A model generated the notes under the pieces. The model did not search any database and was not told where the DNA came from. It was given only the letters and a program-made list of their open reading frames with translations. 64,000 bases of DNA, taken from positions 551 through 64,550 of the forward strand of contig DATBHW010000073.1 of assembly GCA_036557285.1 (NCBI GenBank). Reading direction: 5' to 3'. Positions 36,442 through 46,001 of the stretch are shown here, piece after piece. The stretch is from Ktedonobacterales bacterium. Its GTDB lineage: Bacteria > Chloroflexota > Ktedonobacteria > Ktedonobacterales > DATBGS01. Every line of letters starts with the position of its first letter. The first letter of the stretch is position 1. Both the position numbers and the translations under genes were made by a program.

Positions 36442-37527
36442 ATGCTGTCAGGTCATGAATCTGTATCCTCCCGGCCTTCTGATGATCTGCCCGACGATCT
36501 GATTGAGCCAGGCGCATCAGAGAACCAGAACGCGGCCCCTGAAACGCCTCCGCCTCCAGTGGGGACGACACCTCCGGCGGAGCTGGTGGAGCTGGCTGCC
36601 CAGGGAAAACGTGGCGCCGCCTGGCGTTTGCTGCACTGGATTGGCGAGGATAACCGCGAGGCCATTGAGGCGATCAGGCGATTTCCAGACCAGCGCCTGC
36701 TGAAGTTGTTACTGGAGTGGTTGGCGGTAGGTACCTGGGGAGGGAAACCTTTTACTGTGCCACGAGCCATGCGCCAGCCGCATTTTCGCACGCAGGTGAG
36801 TACGTTCTTTTTGCCTGGTTCGGGCGCGCCAGAGGGGCATGTCAAAGAGGTATTGTGCGCCGGGCTGCGCCATCCCCAGGGGGCGGTGCGCGCAACCGCC
36901 GCGCACCTGCTGGGAGTGCTGGGCGATCCGGCGGCAGCGCCCGATCTCGTCGAGGCGCTGCGTGACCCTCTATCGGCGGTGCGGGTGCAGGCAGCGAAAG
37001 CGTTGGGGCGGCTGCATGTCCCTCAGACGGCTGCTGCGCTGGTGAGCGCCTTCCACTCTCATGATGAGGCGCTGGCGAGTCAGGCGCATCAGGCGCTGCT
37101 TCAGCCTGGCCTGGCATCGGTGCCGCCATTGATAGCGGCAGCCCACGCGCCTGACGCCTGGGTGCGCTGGCAGGCGGTGCGCACGTTGGGCGACCTCCAT
37201 GACGCGCGTGGCCTGGCTCCTCTGGTGGAGCGGCTGACCGATAGCGATCATGCGGTTGCCTGGATGGCGGCACGAGTATTGGCTTCGATGGGCGCTCCGG
37301 TGGTTGAGGAGGTGCTGGGCCTGTTGTTGCGCGCGCCGGATACGCCCCAACTGATGGAGACGGCGGCTTATGTTTTGCGCGCTCAGCGCAACCCACAGGT
37401 GAAGAACGTGCTGGCGCCGGTCATTCGCAGCATGCACGACGTTGATTATCGGGTGGTGGTCCCGCTGGAGGTTCAACGCGCGCTGAAAACGTTGGCCGGG
37501 AGCGGCGTCAGGAGTGCTTCGGGCTGA
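36442..37527 (+). CDS. HEAT/PBS-lyase-like repeat protein
   Basis: Repeated VRxxAAxALGxLGDPxAxxxL units. Start trimmed to ATG 36442 (GGGGAGG SD). Confidence 0.75.
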   Translation: MLSGHESVSSRPSDDLPDDLIEPGASENQNAAPETPPPPVGTTPPAELVELAAQGKRGAAWRLLHWIGEDNREAIEAIRRFPDQRLLKLLLEWLAVGTWGGKPFTVPRAMRQPHFRTQVSTFFLPGSGAPEGHVKEVLCAGLRHPQGAVRATAAHLLGVLGDPAAAPDLVEALRDPLSAVRVQAAKALGRLHVPQTAAALVSAFHSHDEALASQAHQALLQPGLASVPPLIAAAHAPDAWVRWQAVRTLGDLHDARGLAPLVERLTDSDHAVAWMAARVLASMGAPVVEEVLGLLLRAPDTPQLMETAAYVLRAQRNPQVKNVLAPVIRSMHDVDYRVVVPLEVQRALKTLAGSGVRSASG

Positions 37528-37537
37528 GGCTTAAGCG

Positions 37538-37635
37538 CACCTCACACAACCTCCGCACGAGCAGGGGCGGGGTTGTAGCGCCGTCCTTCCAGGCGGCAGG
37601 GGTGGGGCCAACCGTCGGTTGTGTGAGGCATTCTA
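37538..37635. repeat. Family-B hairpin repeat abutting the stop codon of phosphoesterase paralog 2
   Basis: CCTCACACAACC...GGTTGTGTGAGG outer stem. Direct repeat TAAGCGC at 37532-37538 and 37634-37640. Confidence 0.85.
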
Positions 37636-38601
37636 AGCGCCAGCGAAAAAATCGCGCATGGGATGCGTGCAGGAGCAGGCGGCATCGCCCAGTTTGCCAA
37701 GACCCCAGGCTTCTTCAATGGTCAGCAGCAGCGACGCATGGTTATAGGCCACATGAGACACAAACCCCGGCTTGCTGAGCGGCGAAATCACCAGCATGGG
37801 GATATGGCCGCCATCCGCGATCTGACAGCAGCCCGCATCGCTGCTGCCTTCGTCCCAGATCAGAAACAATACGCTCGATTGCCAGTCCGGGGAGCGGAGA
37901 ATCTGGGGCAGGAAGCTTTTCAGCCAGGCGTCGCCGGTTGCCACGCCGCAATCGTGCATATCATGGCAAAGATTGGGCGTGATCCAGACAAAATTGGGCA
38001 GGGCGTGCGCTCTGAGGTTGCTGGCAAAACTAGAGAGCGGGACGACGTTGGCGCAGCGTTTCGGGTTGGTGCGGATGTTATCAAAGTAGATAAAGGGGTT
38101 ATGCCGCTGGGCATAGTCTCCGTCGTCACCGACGAAGCAGGGCGACGGCATATCCTCCATGTAGGCTTTCCAGCTTTTTCTGGCGGTCTCTAACTGGTCC
38201 ACCAGATTGGGCGCATGCACAAAACAGGTCTCGCAATCGCTGTCTATCCCAAAGGTGCTGCCGCCCAGCAGTTCGAGATAATTGGGCAGGCTGGGATGAG
38301 TGATGCCAAAGTAATTGGCGGCTCTGCTGTAGCGATGGGCCAGGCTGTTGATGTAAGGCGCTTCACTATTGCCTATTACGTCGCTGGATTCTTCGTTTTC
38401 CATCACGAGAACGAAGATATGCTTGAAGTTGGGAAGCCCTGAAGCGGCAGGCTGAGCGGTTGCGGTTGCAGTGGGCGTATGGGGGCTGCCTGTGGGTGTC
38501 GCCGCTGATGGTGGAGATGGTGCCTGCCCGATTGATGATGATGAGCAGCTTGCGAGCAGCAAAAGCACCAGGCTGGAAGCCGCACTTATGCGCTTCAGCA
38601 T
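37633..38601 (-). CDS. Phosphoesterase-family lipoprotein (PLC/AcpA-like), paralog 2
   Basis: Lipobox LLLLASCSS, HIFVLVMENEESSDVIG, HPSLPNY and FLIWDEGS. By eye ~45% identical to paralog 1. Confidence 0.8.
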   Translation of the reverse strand: MLKRISAASSLVLLLLASCSSSSIGQAPSPPSAATPTGSPHTPTATATAQPAASGLPNFKHIFVLVMENEESSDVIGNSEAPYINSLAHRYSRAANYFGITHPSLPNYLELLGGSTFGIDSDCETCFVHAPNLVDQLETARKSWKAYMEDMPSPCFVGDDGDYAQRHNPFIYFDNIRTNPKRCANVVPLSSFASNLRAHALPNFVWITPNLCHDMHDCGVATGDAWLKSFLPQILRSPDWQSSVLFLIWDEGSSDAGCCQIADGGHIPMLVISPLSKPGFVSHVAYNHASLLLTIEEAWGLGKLGDAACSCTHPMRDFFAGA

Positions 38602-38605
38602 ATAA

Positions 38606-38707
38606 ACAACCCTCCTCTTTCTGTAGACTCATGTGGGCTGATGCAATTTCTGTTCCTAAAATAAGCATAGCCGATGCTGTCCAGCCCACAGAAAAGAGGA
38701 GGGTTGT
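38606..38707 (-). promoter_or_regulatory. Long-range anti-SD/SD hairpin in the 5' UTR of phosphoesterase paralog 2
   Basis: On the mRNA, ACAACCCTCCTCTTTTCTGT (reverse complement of 38688-38707) pairs with ACAGAAAGAGGAGGGTTGT (reverse complement of 38606-38624). The second arm contains the SD GAGGAGGG, 4 nt from the ATG. The stem is extended by GGGCTG/CAGCCC. Confidence 0.5.
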
Positions 38708-38733
38708 CGGCGCGGGGCGCGGAATAACGCGCG

Positions 38734-39630
38734 TTATTCCGCGCCCTTGCGGCTGAGGACGGCGGGAACGGTAAGCGCCAGCAGTTTCAGATCATACCAG
38801 AAGGATTGCTTTTGTATATATTCCAGGTCCATTTGCACCATTTCTTCGAAGCTGACCCTGCTGCGCCCGTGTACCTGCCAGGGTCCGGTCATCCCCGGCA
38901 GGGTATCCAGCCGCCTCAGATGCCAGGAATCATAGAGGCCGACCTCATAGGGAATGGGTGGGCGTGGCCCCACCAGGCTCATATCACCACGCAGCACATT
39001 GAACAACTGCGGCAGTTCGTCGAGGCTGGTGTGCCGCAGCACATGGCCTAATGGCGTCACGCGAGGGTCGCGCGGGGCGCCGCCGCGCCTGGGCGTATTC
39101 GCCTGGGGCTGCTCGTTAGCTACCTGCGCGCCATCAACTTTGCCAGATGATCGCTCGCCTCGTAAAAATTGTTCGTAGGCCAGTTGATGTAAGCGTTCAT
39201 CGCAGTTGACATACATAGAGCGGAACTTATACATCACAAAATGGCGTCCGCCAAAGCCGACGCGCTTCTGGCAAAAGAGTGCTGGCCCGCGCGAAGTCAG
39301 GCGGATCAGCAGGGCTGCCACCAGGAGTACTGGCGCGCATGCGATGAGGGCGATCAAAGCAACCGAGCAATCCAGGCAGCGTTTTGCGAGAAAATAGCCT
39401 GGTCGGCCTGTGGCTCGCGCCACAGCCTGCCAGGGCTGCAACTGGACGGGTTCATCTGGTGTGGAGACAACCGCAAACCGGCTGGAGTGGAACTCAGCAG
39501 CCGCTAGCGGATTCTGGGCTGTTGTTGTGTTCGCTGCCGGGGGGATGGCGACGGTTGGCCCCGAAGGTCTGCGCTCACCTCCTCCAAATGGAGGGCGGTA
39601 CTGACGATCTACTACTTCTTCATGTATCAT
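38734..39630 (-). CDS. Polyprenyl-phosphate sugar phosphotransferase (bacterial sugar transferase family)
   Basis: [42 protein letters not shown] and PGMTGPWQV. Confidence 0.85.
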   Translation of the reverse strand: MIHEEVVDRQYRPPFGGGERRPSGPTVAIPPAANTTTAQNPLAAAEFHSSRFAVVSTPDEPVQLQPWQAVARATGRPGYFLAKRCLDCSVALIALIACAPVLLVAALLIRLTSRGPALFCQKRVGFGGRHFVMYKFRSMYVNCDERLHQLAYEQFLRGERSSGKVDGAQVANEQPQANTPRRGGAPRDPRVTPLGHVLRHTSLDELPQLFNVLRGDMSLVGPRPPIPYEVGLYDSWHLRRLDTLPGMTGPWQVHGRSRVSFEEMVQMDLEYIQKQSFWYDLKLLALTVPAVLSRKGAE

Positions 39631-39864
39631 CTATGAATGTCTCCCTACCATACGCCGACTTGATCTACCTATCTTTCATAGAATACCCGCTCCGCTGGTC
39701 TATCGGGTTATCCCCGCGTTGCAAGATGGTAGAGAAGCTGATAGGTAAGGTGGTAGTTCGCTAACATTGGGATGACATTTCTTTCATCTTTTCTTCATGT
39801 CGCCATCATCTCCCTTTAATTTCGTTGGGAGGATACAAGGCTCAGATACCGCCCGCACAGAGCG

Positions 39865-40857
39865 TCACTTGCCGGAGGATCTCGCAGACACAGGGGTTAG
39901 CTGGTTAGCGCGGCGAGAGCGAGTGGGTTGGGCAAGCGCCTCCAGGGCATCGGGATCGGTCATGACTGGGAAAATGTTGAGGCCGGTGATCTCGCGCAGT
40001 TGATGCAGGACGCCGCTGTCGGTGGGATCAGCCAGCGCCACCGTCAGCGCGTTACGGTCGCGGCCAATGGGCAGGCATTGGAGTTGGCGCATCACTTCCA
40101 CCGGGAGCAAATTGCGGACGCTGCCTGGAATACGCTGTGGCGGCGCTATATAGGGAACCCCCAGCGTCCGCGCCCGCGCCCGCGCGAGCGGCTCGGCCCG
40201 CTGCATCGGCTCCCTGCCTCTCAGCGCCAGCCGCGCTTCAGATGAAAACTCCGCTGCGAAGGGTACGGTCAGTGGGGGGCGCAGGTGGGTGGCCGCTTTG
40301 CTGGCCTTCTCCTGGGCGGCGCTGGGCTGGCCCTGGGCCAGCGTCATGGCTGGCTCGCGCTCGACAAGCTGATCCAGCCTGGGCAGCGTGCCTTTCCCGG
40401 CGCCAGTCGCGGGTACCATTCGCAGGCGCGGCTTCAATGCCAAAGCCACCAGGGTCTGACTCTCGGCAGCCTGTTCCGGCGCAGAGGCGATCCCTATCTG
40501 AAGGGAACTGGTCAGCGGCTTGCATTTACTGAGCATGCGCCGGAAGCGCCTCACCGCATGCAGCGCCCCATCGCCTTCAGCGCCCAGGAGGATTGCCGCG
40601 CAGCTTCTCTCGCCGCAGCGTATGACGACATCTGATCGGCGGAAGCAGGCGATCAATAGCTGCTCAACATCATCCATGCAAGCCTTCGCCTTGCCGCACG
40701 CATCAGCGCCAGCCTCGGCGGAGACCTCCCCAACCAACACCAGCAACGTCAGCGTCGGCCACGTCGCCAGCAACAATCGCAAAGTGTCTGTCAGCGCCTG
40801 ATAGGGGCCTGGTTCTAACGAGTGGGGCTGAACAGAATCTCTCACCTCTGTACCCAT
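39865..40857 (-). CDS. Degenerate GGDEF-like domain fused to a T2SSE_N (GspE N-terminal-like) domain
   Basis: RRSDVVIRCGERSCAAILLG follows the RxGGDEFxxLL pattern with CGERS in place of GGDEF. C-terminal LPIGRDRNALTVALADPTD...ITGLNIFPVMTD is T2SSE_N-like. Start set at 40857 (AAGGAGAG SD). Confidence 0.55.
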   Translation of the reverse strand: MGTEVRDSVQPHSLEPGPYQALTDTLRLLLATWPTLTLLVLVGEVSAEAGADACGKAKACMDDVEQLLIACFRRSDVVIRCGERSCAAILLGAEGDGALHAVRRFRRMLSKCKPLTSSLQIGIASAPEQAAESQTLVALALKPRLRMVPATGAGKGTLPRLDQLVEREPAMTLAQGQPSAAQEKASKAATHLRPPLTVPFAAEFSSEARLALRGREPMQRAEPLARARARTLGVPYIAPPQRIPGSVRNLLPVEVMRQLQCLPIGRDRNALTVALADPTDSGVLHQLREITGLNIFPVMTDPDALEALAQPTRSRRANQLTPVSARSSGK

Positions 40858-41166
40858 GCAGATGCTCTCCTTGTCTACAGCACAGAACCTTGATAGAGGC
40901 TGGCGGGGTCGCAGTGCGTCGTGGCGCAAGTGAACACGGCGCTGTTATCACCCGCCGCAAAGAGTTGGGCAAGCCAGGCGAAATCCTCTCTATTGGCTGC
41001 TCCAGTACCGGTTTGGCCGCAAGCTCTATTACAGAAGAGTGTAGTGAACAGGGGGGGTAATCCGGGTGAGGGTATGTTGCGATATGGTTGAGAACGGGAA
41101 GCGCCAGGTGATACTCTCAATCCCCTGGTGGAGATGAGCTTTCTGGCGGTATTGGAGACGGGATCA

Positions 41167-42342
41167 TCAGCGGCGTATCGCGCGCGCCTGGAGCAGACTT
41201 TCCGCGCCGAACTGTCGGCGCAGCAGGCCGGTAAAGGCGTCCCGCAGCACGGCTTTCAACAGCAGGCGCTGAGCCAGAATACCAACGCGGCTGGTGGGCG
41301 CGAAAGATTTGGCAAGCCCGCGCGCGTGCTTCTGCTGGGTCTGGACGTGTGGGCGCATCCGCTGCTCATAGCGGCGAAAGGCTTCCTGATACGCGGCGGC
41401 TTCGCGCAAGGCTTCGGCCAGGAGATAGGCTCCTCCCATAGCGAGTGAAGCCCCTTGCCCCGAAACCAGCGTGGGACAGCCGCAGGCATCGCCGACGAGG
41501 GCCACCCGGCCCTGAGACCAGGAAGGCATGCGAATCTGGCTCACGGCGTCGAGGAAGATATGCTCAGAGGGAGAAACGTCAGCAAGCAACTGCGGTGTAA
41601 TCCAGCCCATCTCCGCGAACACCTGGCGCAGCCGTGTCAGACGCTGCTCTTGCGGCAGCCGATCCGGCTCCGCCTGATGATACAGGAAAAAGGTGATGAT
41701 CTCGCCTTCCTGTCGGCTGACATACGCGCCCACTGTGCGACCAGGCACGCTGTACATCTGCCAGCTACGACCGATGCCATAGCGGTCGGCAAGCGGATAG
41801 CTCGCCACCATGTAGCCAAGGAAATGGCTAAAGCGGTCTTCCGGCCCAAACACCAGTTCCCGGGTCAGGGAATGCACACCGTCCGCGCCGATGAGGAGAT
41901 CGAACGACTCACTCGTCCCGTCGGTGAAGGCCACATCCACCGCATCAGCGCCGGTATGGATGGAAGCGAGTGAGCGGTCAAAACGAACTTCGACCTGCCC
42001 GCCCAGCGCGTCATAGAGCGCCTCTTCGAGCGTCCAGTGCATGAGTCCCAGGTACTTTCCCTGCGTGACACGCTGCAAGAGCGCCCTTTCCAGTGTCGCA
42101 ATCGGCTTTCCTGCTCGATTGACGTAGGCAATCGTGTCCAGCGGAATCTGCTGAGACGCCAGCCGGTCAATGAGGCCCATGCGCCGGGCGACATCGTAGC
42201 CTGTGCCGAAAAAGTCAATCGCATATCCGTCCCGACGGAGACCTGTCGCTTGTTCAATGACCACTGCGGGAATGGCGTATTGATGGAGCCAATAGGCCAG
42301 CGTGAGTCCGGCGATGCCGCCGCCGGAAATTAGGACGCGCAT
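41167..42342 (-). CDS. FAD-dependent aromatic-ring monooxygenase
   Basis: MRVLISGGGIAGLTLAYWL dinucleotide fold, GADGVHS and LVGDACG motifs. Confidence 0.85.
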   Translation of the reverse strand: MRVLISGGGIAGLTLAYWLHQYAIPAVVIEQATGLRRDGYAIDFFGTGYDVARRMGLIDRLASQQIPLDTIAYVNRAGKPIATLERALLQRVTQGKYLGLMHWTLEEALYDALGGQVEVRFDRSLASIHTGADAVDVAFTDGTSESFDLLIGADGVHSLTRELVFGPEDRFSHFLGYMVASYPLADRYGIGRSWQMYSVPGRTVGAYVSRQEGEIITFFLYHQAEPDRLPQEQRLTRLRQVFAEMGWITPQLLADVSPSEHIFLDAVSQIRMPSWSQGRVALVGDACGCPTLVSGQGASLAMGGAYLLAEALREAAAYQEAFRRYEQRMRPHVQTQQKHARGLAKSFAPTSRVGILAQRLLLKAVLRDAFTGLLRRQFGAESLLQARAIRR

Positions 42343-42380
42343 GATCGGCTGCTCTCTGTCAAGCCATCAGGAGAGGCTGT

Positions 42381-43085
42381 TTAATCCTGTCCTGGCCCCG
42401 ATATAGGCGGGCTAAACGTATAGCCAACGCCGGGGACCGTCAGCACATAGCGTGGGCTGCCCGGTTCGGGTTCCACCTTCTGGCGCAAATGGCGGATATG
42501 GGTCTTCACCAGCCCGCCGTCGCCAACCTCATTATAGCCCCAGACGCGCTCGATAATGGTATCGGTGGTTAGCACCTGCCCGGCATGGGTGAGCAGCAGG
42601 TGCAGCAGCCGACTCTCTGTCGGCGTCAGGCGCATGCGTGCACCGTTGCGGCTGACCTCATGGCGGCTGACATCCAGGCTGATGGGGCCGATGGTGATAG
42701 AGGAGCCGTTCATCGGGCTGCTCACGCTCACGGCGCGGCGGGCCGCCGCCTGAATGCGGGCCAGCAACTGGCGCGGACGAAAAGGCTTGCGCAGAAAATC
42801 ATCGGCCCCCAACTCCAGCGCGCGCACCTCATCATCCTCGCGGTCCAGGCAGGTCAGGACGATGACCAGGGCATTGGATTCGCCGCGCATGCGACGAACC
42901 ACCTCAAATCCATCGAATTTGGGCATCTGAATATCAAGGAGAACCAGATCGGGGGGCTGCTCGCGCCACCGCTTCATAGTCTGCTCACCGTCAAAGGCCA
43001 CCGTCACTTGATGCCCATGCGCCCGCAGCCAATACATCAACATGTCAACCAATTCGCGGTCATCGTCAGCGATCAGAATCCTCAT
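42381..43085 (-). CDS. OmpR-family response regulator
   Basis: Receiver MRILIADDD...DLVLLDIQMPKFDG plus a winged-helix C-terminus (VLTVPGVGYTF). Confidence 0.9.
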   Translation of the reverse strand: MRILIADDDRELVDMLMYWLRAHGHQVTVAFDGEQTMKRWREQPPDLVLLDIQMPKFDGFEVVRRMRGESNALVIVLTCLDREDDEVRALELGADDFLRKPFRPRQLLARIQAAARRAVSVSSPMNGSSITIGPISLDVSRHEVSRNGARMRLTPTESRLLHLLLTHAGQVLTTDTIIERVWGYNEVGDGGLVKTHIRHLRQKVEPEPGSPRYVLTVPGVGYTFSPPISGPGQD

Positions 43086-43250
43086 GGTATGGCGCCCTTT
43101 CCTAGCAACACACTCCAATTCGTGTCAATTATAGCCGCTCAATCCAACTTCACGCAATTATCCTGGCCCATATCATCCTTGCAGACGAGGGGAGCAGCAG
43201 GCGGAAGCGCCCAGCCCCGGCATAGATCTATCGAATGGTTTGGATCAGCG

Positions 43251-44825
43251 TCAGCGCATTGACGCTGCCCCGTGTGATGCCCCCATTCCGAGGGCGGCGG
43301 CGCTGTCTCTGCCAGGCTCGCTCCCCAAAAAATACATATGCGCGGCGGCGTCCAGCAGTTGGGGCGAAAGTTCCGCCGCCACGCCGTAATAGCGCGCCAG
43401 CGCCACCACATGCCTGAGCAAGTCACGCGGGTGACAGGCGCGCAGCGAGCGTCGTGTTTGTTGGTAGTGCTGGCTCAACAAATGAAGAAACCCCGTATCT
43501 GAGAAGGCCACGCCCATAGACCGACAGATGCGCATCAGAATCTCGCGGTACTGCTCTGGCGTTGGGTCGCTGATCCAGACTTTATTGGGGACGCGCCGCA
43601 GAAACGCCTCATCCACCAGATCGGCTGGCCGCAGGTTGGTCGAAAACACCACCATAGCGGCAAAGGGAAAGGCCACTTTCTGTCCATTCATCAAGGTCAT
43701 GAAATCAATGCCGCGCTCCAGTGGCACAATCCAGCGATTTAAGAGTTCCTGGGGGCGGGTCTGCTGGCGGCCAAAATCATCAATCAAGAAGACCCCGGCA
43801 GCCGCCTTCAACTGCAACGGGCATTCATAGAGACGCAGCCGGTCATTAAATTGGAGGTCGAGGCTGCTGATCACGAGTTCGCCGCCTGCGTGAACGAGCG
43901 GCGGCTGGCAGAAGACCCATCGCTCATCAATGCGCCCGCTCCCATCGGCTCCGTCCAGGGACATCGGCACATGGACTGAAGGGTCGAAGACCGGCAGCAC
44001 ATGGCCGCGTACCTCGATGGCATAGGGTACAAAAACCCCGCCAGCGAACATAGTGGTAATGGCTTCGGCAATCGCCGTCTTGCCGTTGCCTGGATGTCCC
44101 CACAGGAAAAGCGCCCCGCCGCGACTGATCGCTACCCCGATCTGATCGATAATATCATCAGCCAGCACCAGATGGCTGAGGCGCTGGCGCACAATGGCGC
44201 GCATCACGGCGGGCCGCGCCTGCACCTGCCCATTAAGCACAGAACAATAATTGACAAACGAGACGGGCGCTGGTCCCACATATCCGTTGCGCTCGAACGC
44301 TTCGCGCGCGCGGATACGCCCCTGTTCAGTGGGTCTGAAGCTCAAGGCGCTGCCGCCGACACCCATCCCAATGGAGCGGGCGCTGTCTGTCGCCCCGGCA
44401 GCCACCTCAATCAACCCATCCCGGCGTAAGACGGTCAGCAGATCATCCAGCACCCCGTTGAGCGGCAGGCGCAGTTGGGCAGATACGGCGGTGGCGCTCA
44501 GCGTCCCGCCCGCGTTGACGATCACCTTCAGCGCCAGTTCCTGAAGGAGACCAGGGTCCAGGTCGGTCTCCCCAACGGTGGTCGGGCGAAGCGGCGGCCC
44601 TTGCGTACCGCGTCGGTATCGGTCTCCTGACGTGGGGTCCATTGGCAGCGGGCCAGAGGTGCGCATGCCAGCCGACAGCGCCCCGGAGGGCCGCCCATCA
44701 CCTGATGCCGGAAGCGCGTGGGAGGGAGAAAGCGGCCCGGAAGTACGCCTTTCGCCGAGCGGGCCGCTCATGCCGCTGCCTGGGTGTCGGACGACTCCCC
44801 CCGTTTCACTGCCGCGATGTTGCAT
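43251..44825 (-). CDS. AAA+ ATPase with a disordered TSGPL-repeat N-terminus
   Basis: Walker A GHPGNGKT, Walker B VFLIDDFG and sensor-1 FSTN. The N-terminal ~90 aa is low complexity with 3 x (R)TSGPL. Confidence 0.7.
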   Translation of the reverse strand: MQHRGSETGGVVRHPGSGMSGPLGERRTSGPLSPSHALPASGDGRPSGALSAGMRTSGPLPMDPTSGDRYRRGTQGPPLRPTTVGETDLDPGLLQELALKVIVNAGGTLSATAVSAQLRLPLNGVLDDLLTVLRRDGLIEVAAGATDSARSIGMGVGGSALSFRPTEQGRIRAREAFERNGYVGPAPVSFVNYCSVLNGQVQARPAVMRAIVRQRLSHLVLADDIIDQIGVAISRGGALFLWGHPGNGKTAIAEAITTMFAGGVFVPYAIEVRGHVLPVFDPSVHVPMSLDGADGSGRIDERWVFCQPPLVHAGGELVISSLDLQFNDRLRLYECPLQLKAAAGVFLIDDFGRQQTRPQELLNRWIVPLERGIDFMTLMNGQKVAFPFAAMVVFSTNLRPADLVDEAFLRRVPNKVWISDPTPEQYREILMRICRSMGVAFSDTGFLHLLSQHYQQTRRSLRACHPRDLLRHVVALARYYGVAAELSPQLLDAAAHMYFLGSEPGRDSAAALGMGASHGAASMR

Positions 44826-45054
44826 AGTTCTAACCTCATCATCGGTACAGCGCGCAAACCTGCGCGAGACGCAGGAAATCGGCGCTGATCTTCCCTGGTT
44901 TTCCTTCCGTCGAACGTTTTCTGGCTATCGAAAGCTCCATTTATGCTCAAGTACTGATACGAATAACTGCCTCAAGAGTATCAGTGGGCGAGCGTGAACA
45001 GCTATGAGTACCAATGAAGAATACTGAAACATGCTGGAGAGCGAAGCACAAACG

Positions 45055-45096
45055 GGGCCAGTTGGCAAACGGACCGCTCCGTTTGCCAACTGGCCC
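45055..45096 (-). terminator. Strong hairpin downstream of the 4-TM protein gene
   Basis: 19-bp perfect stem GGGCCAGTTGGCAAACGGA/TCCGTTTGCCAACTGGCCC with a 4-nt loop, and a modest T-rich tail. Confidence 0.5.
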
Positions 45097-45124
45097 TGCT
45101 AACCTCTGAGGCGCAGCGAGTGCG

Positions 45125-45781
45125 CTAGAGGGCGTGGCTCTTGCCGCGCCACCCCTGCAAAGGTCGTGAACCGGCAATGCCACCTAATACTGCCAGAATC
45201 AGCCCGATCATCAGCGCAGTAAACATCGCCCAGGCGGTGGACGCCATGTTTCCACCCATAGTCATGGTAGGCGCGCCGATCCCCCCCGGAGTCCTCAATA
45301 TCACGGCAATATTGGCGCCCATAAAGCCAAGAATGCCGCCTGCGCCAATAACCACCAGAACCAGAATGGCTACGAGAGAAAGCGCCCAGGCCAGGGCGCT
45401 GTTCAGAATGGCCGCGCCCACGCCGCGCACGCCAGCGGCGCGCGCCGTGACCCAGCCGCCCAGGAAGTAGGCCACGATGCCAGTAAGGATACCCCAACCA
45501 TAAACAAAAGCAGTGGGTACGGAACCCCAGACGGTTGACCCAATAGCGGTGCCGAGTGCACCGATAACAGCCAGTGTCGCAACAATAGTGAAGAATCCAC
45601 TCCAGATCGGCCCCCAGCGAACCCAATCGCTCCAGGCCAGCGGCCCTGCCTGGCTTTTGGAGGCCGCTGAAACCCCTGGCGGTTGCTGCCCCTGGGCAGG
45701 CACGTTAGGCACGTTTGGCTGCTGGGGTATATACTCTCTCCGTAAGGGTTCTTGCTCCTGATACCCTGGTGCTTGTTGCAT
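45125..45781 (-). CDS. Gln/Pro-rich N-terminus plus 4-TM membrane protein
   Basis: Perfect AAGGAGG SD upstream of ATG 45781, and four hydrophobic helices. A strong hairpin lies downstream. Confidence 0.55.
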   Translation of the reverse strand: MQQAPGYQEQEPLRREYIPQQPNVPNVPAQGQQPPGVSAASKSQAGPLAWSDWVRWGPIWSGFFTIVATLAVIGALGTAIGSTVWGSVPTAFVYGWGILTGIVAYFLGGWVTARAAGVRGVGAAILNSALAWALSLVAILVLVVIGAGGILGFMGANIAVILRTPGGIGAPTMTMGGNMASTAWAMFTALMIGLILAVLGGIAGSRPLQGWRGKSHAL

Positions 45782-45897
45782 GAAATTCACCTCCTTAAAC
45801 CAGAGCGTATGCAGGGTCAACACCGTTACACATACTAAGAGGGTGCATAACCCATGCCACCAGGGCTGATTAGTCGCCTGGTCCATAAAGAGGGCAA

Positions 45898-45951
45898 ATA
45901 AACTTAATATTACTATTGACTTTATTAAAGCAAAGTGCTATAAACTTAATA
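45898..45951 (+). promoter_or_regulatory. DUF2089 operon promoter flanked by a 12-bp direct repeat
   Basis: TTGACT-N17-TATAAA (45916-45944). ATAAACTTAATA occurs at 45898-45909 and 45940-45951, and the second copy overlaps the -10 box. Confidence 0.45.
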
Positions 45952-46001
45952 GTTAGACCTGCACCGCAGCGCGCGAAGGCAGAGAAAGGACAGGAGCGGA
46001 T

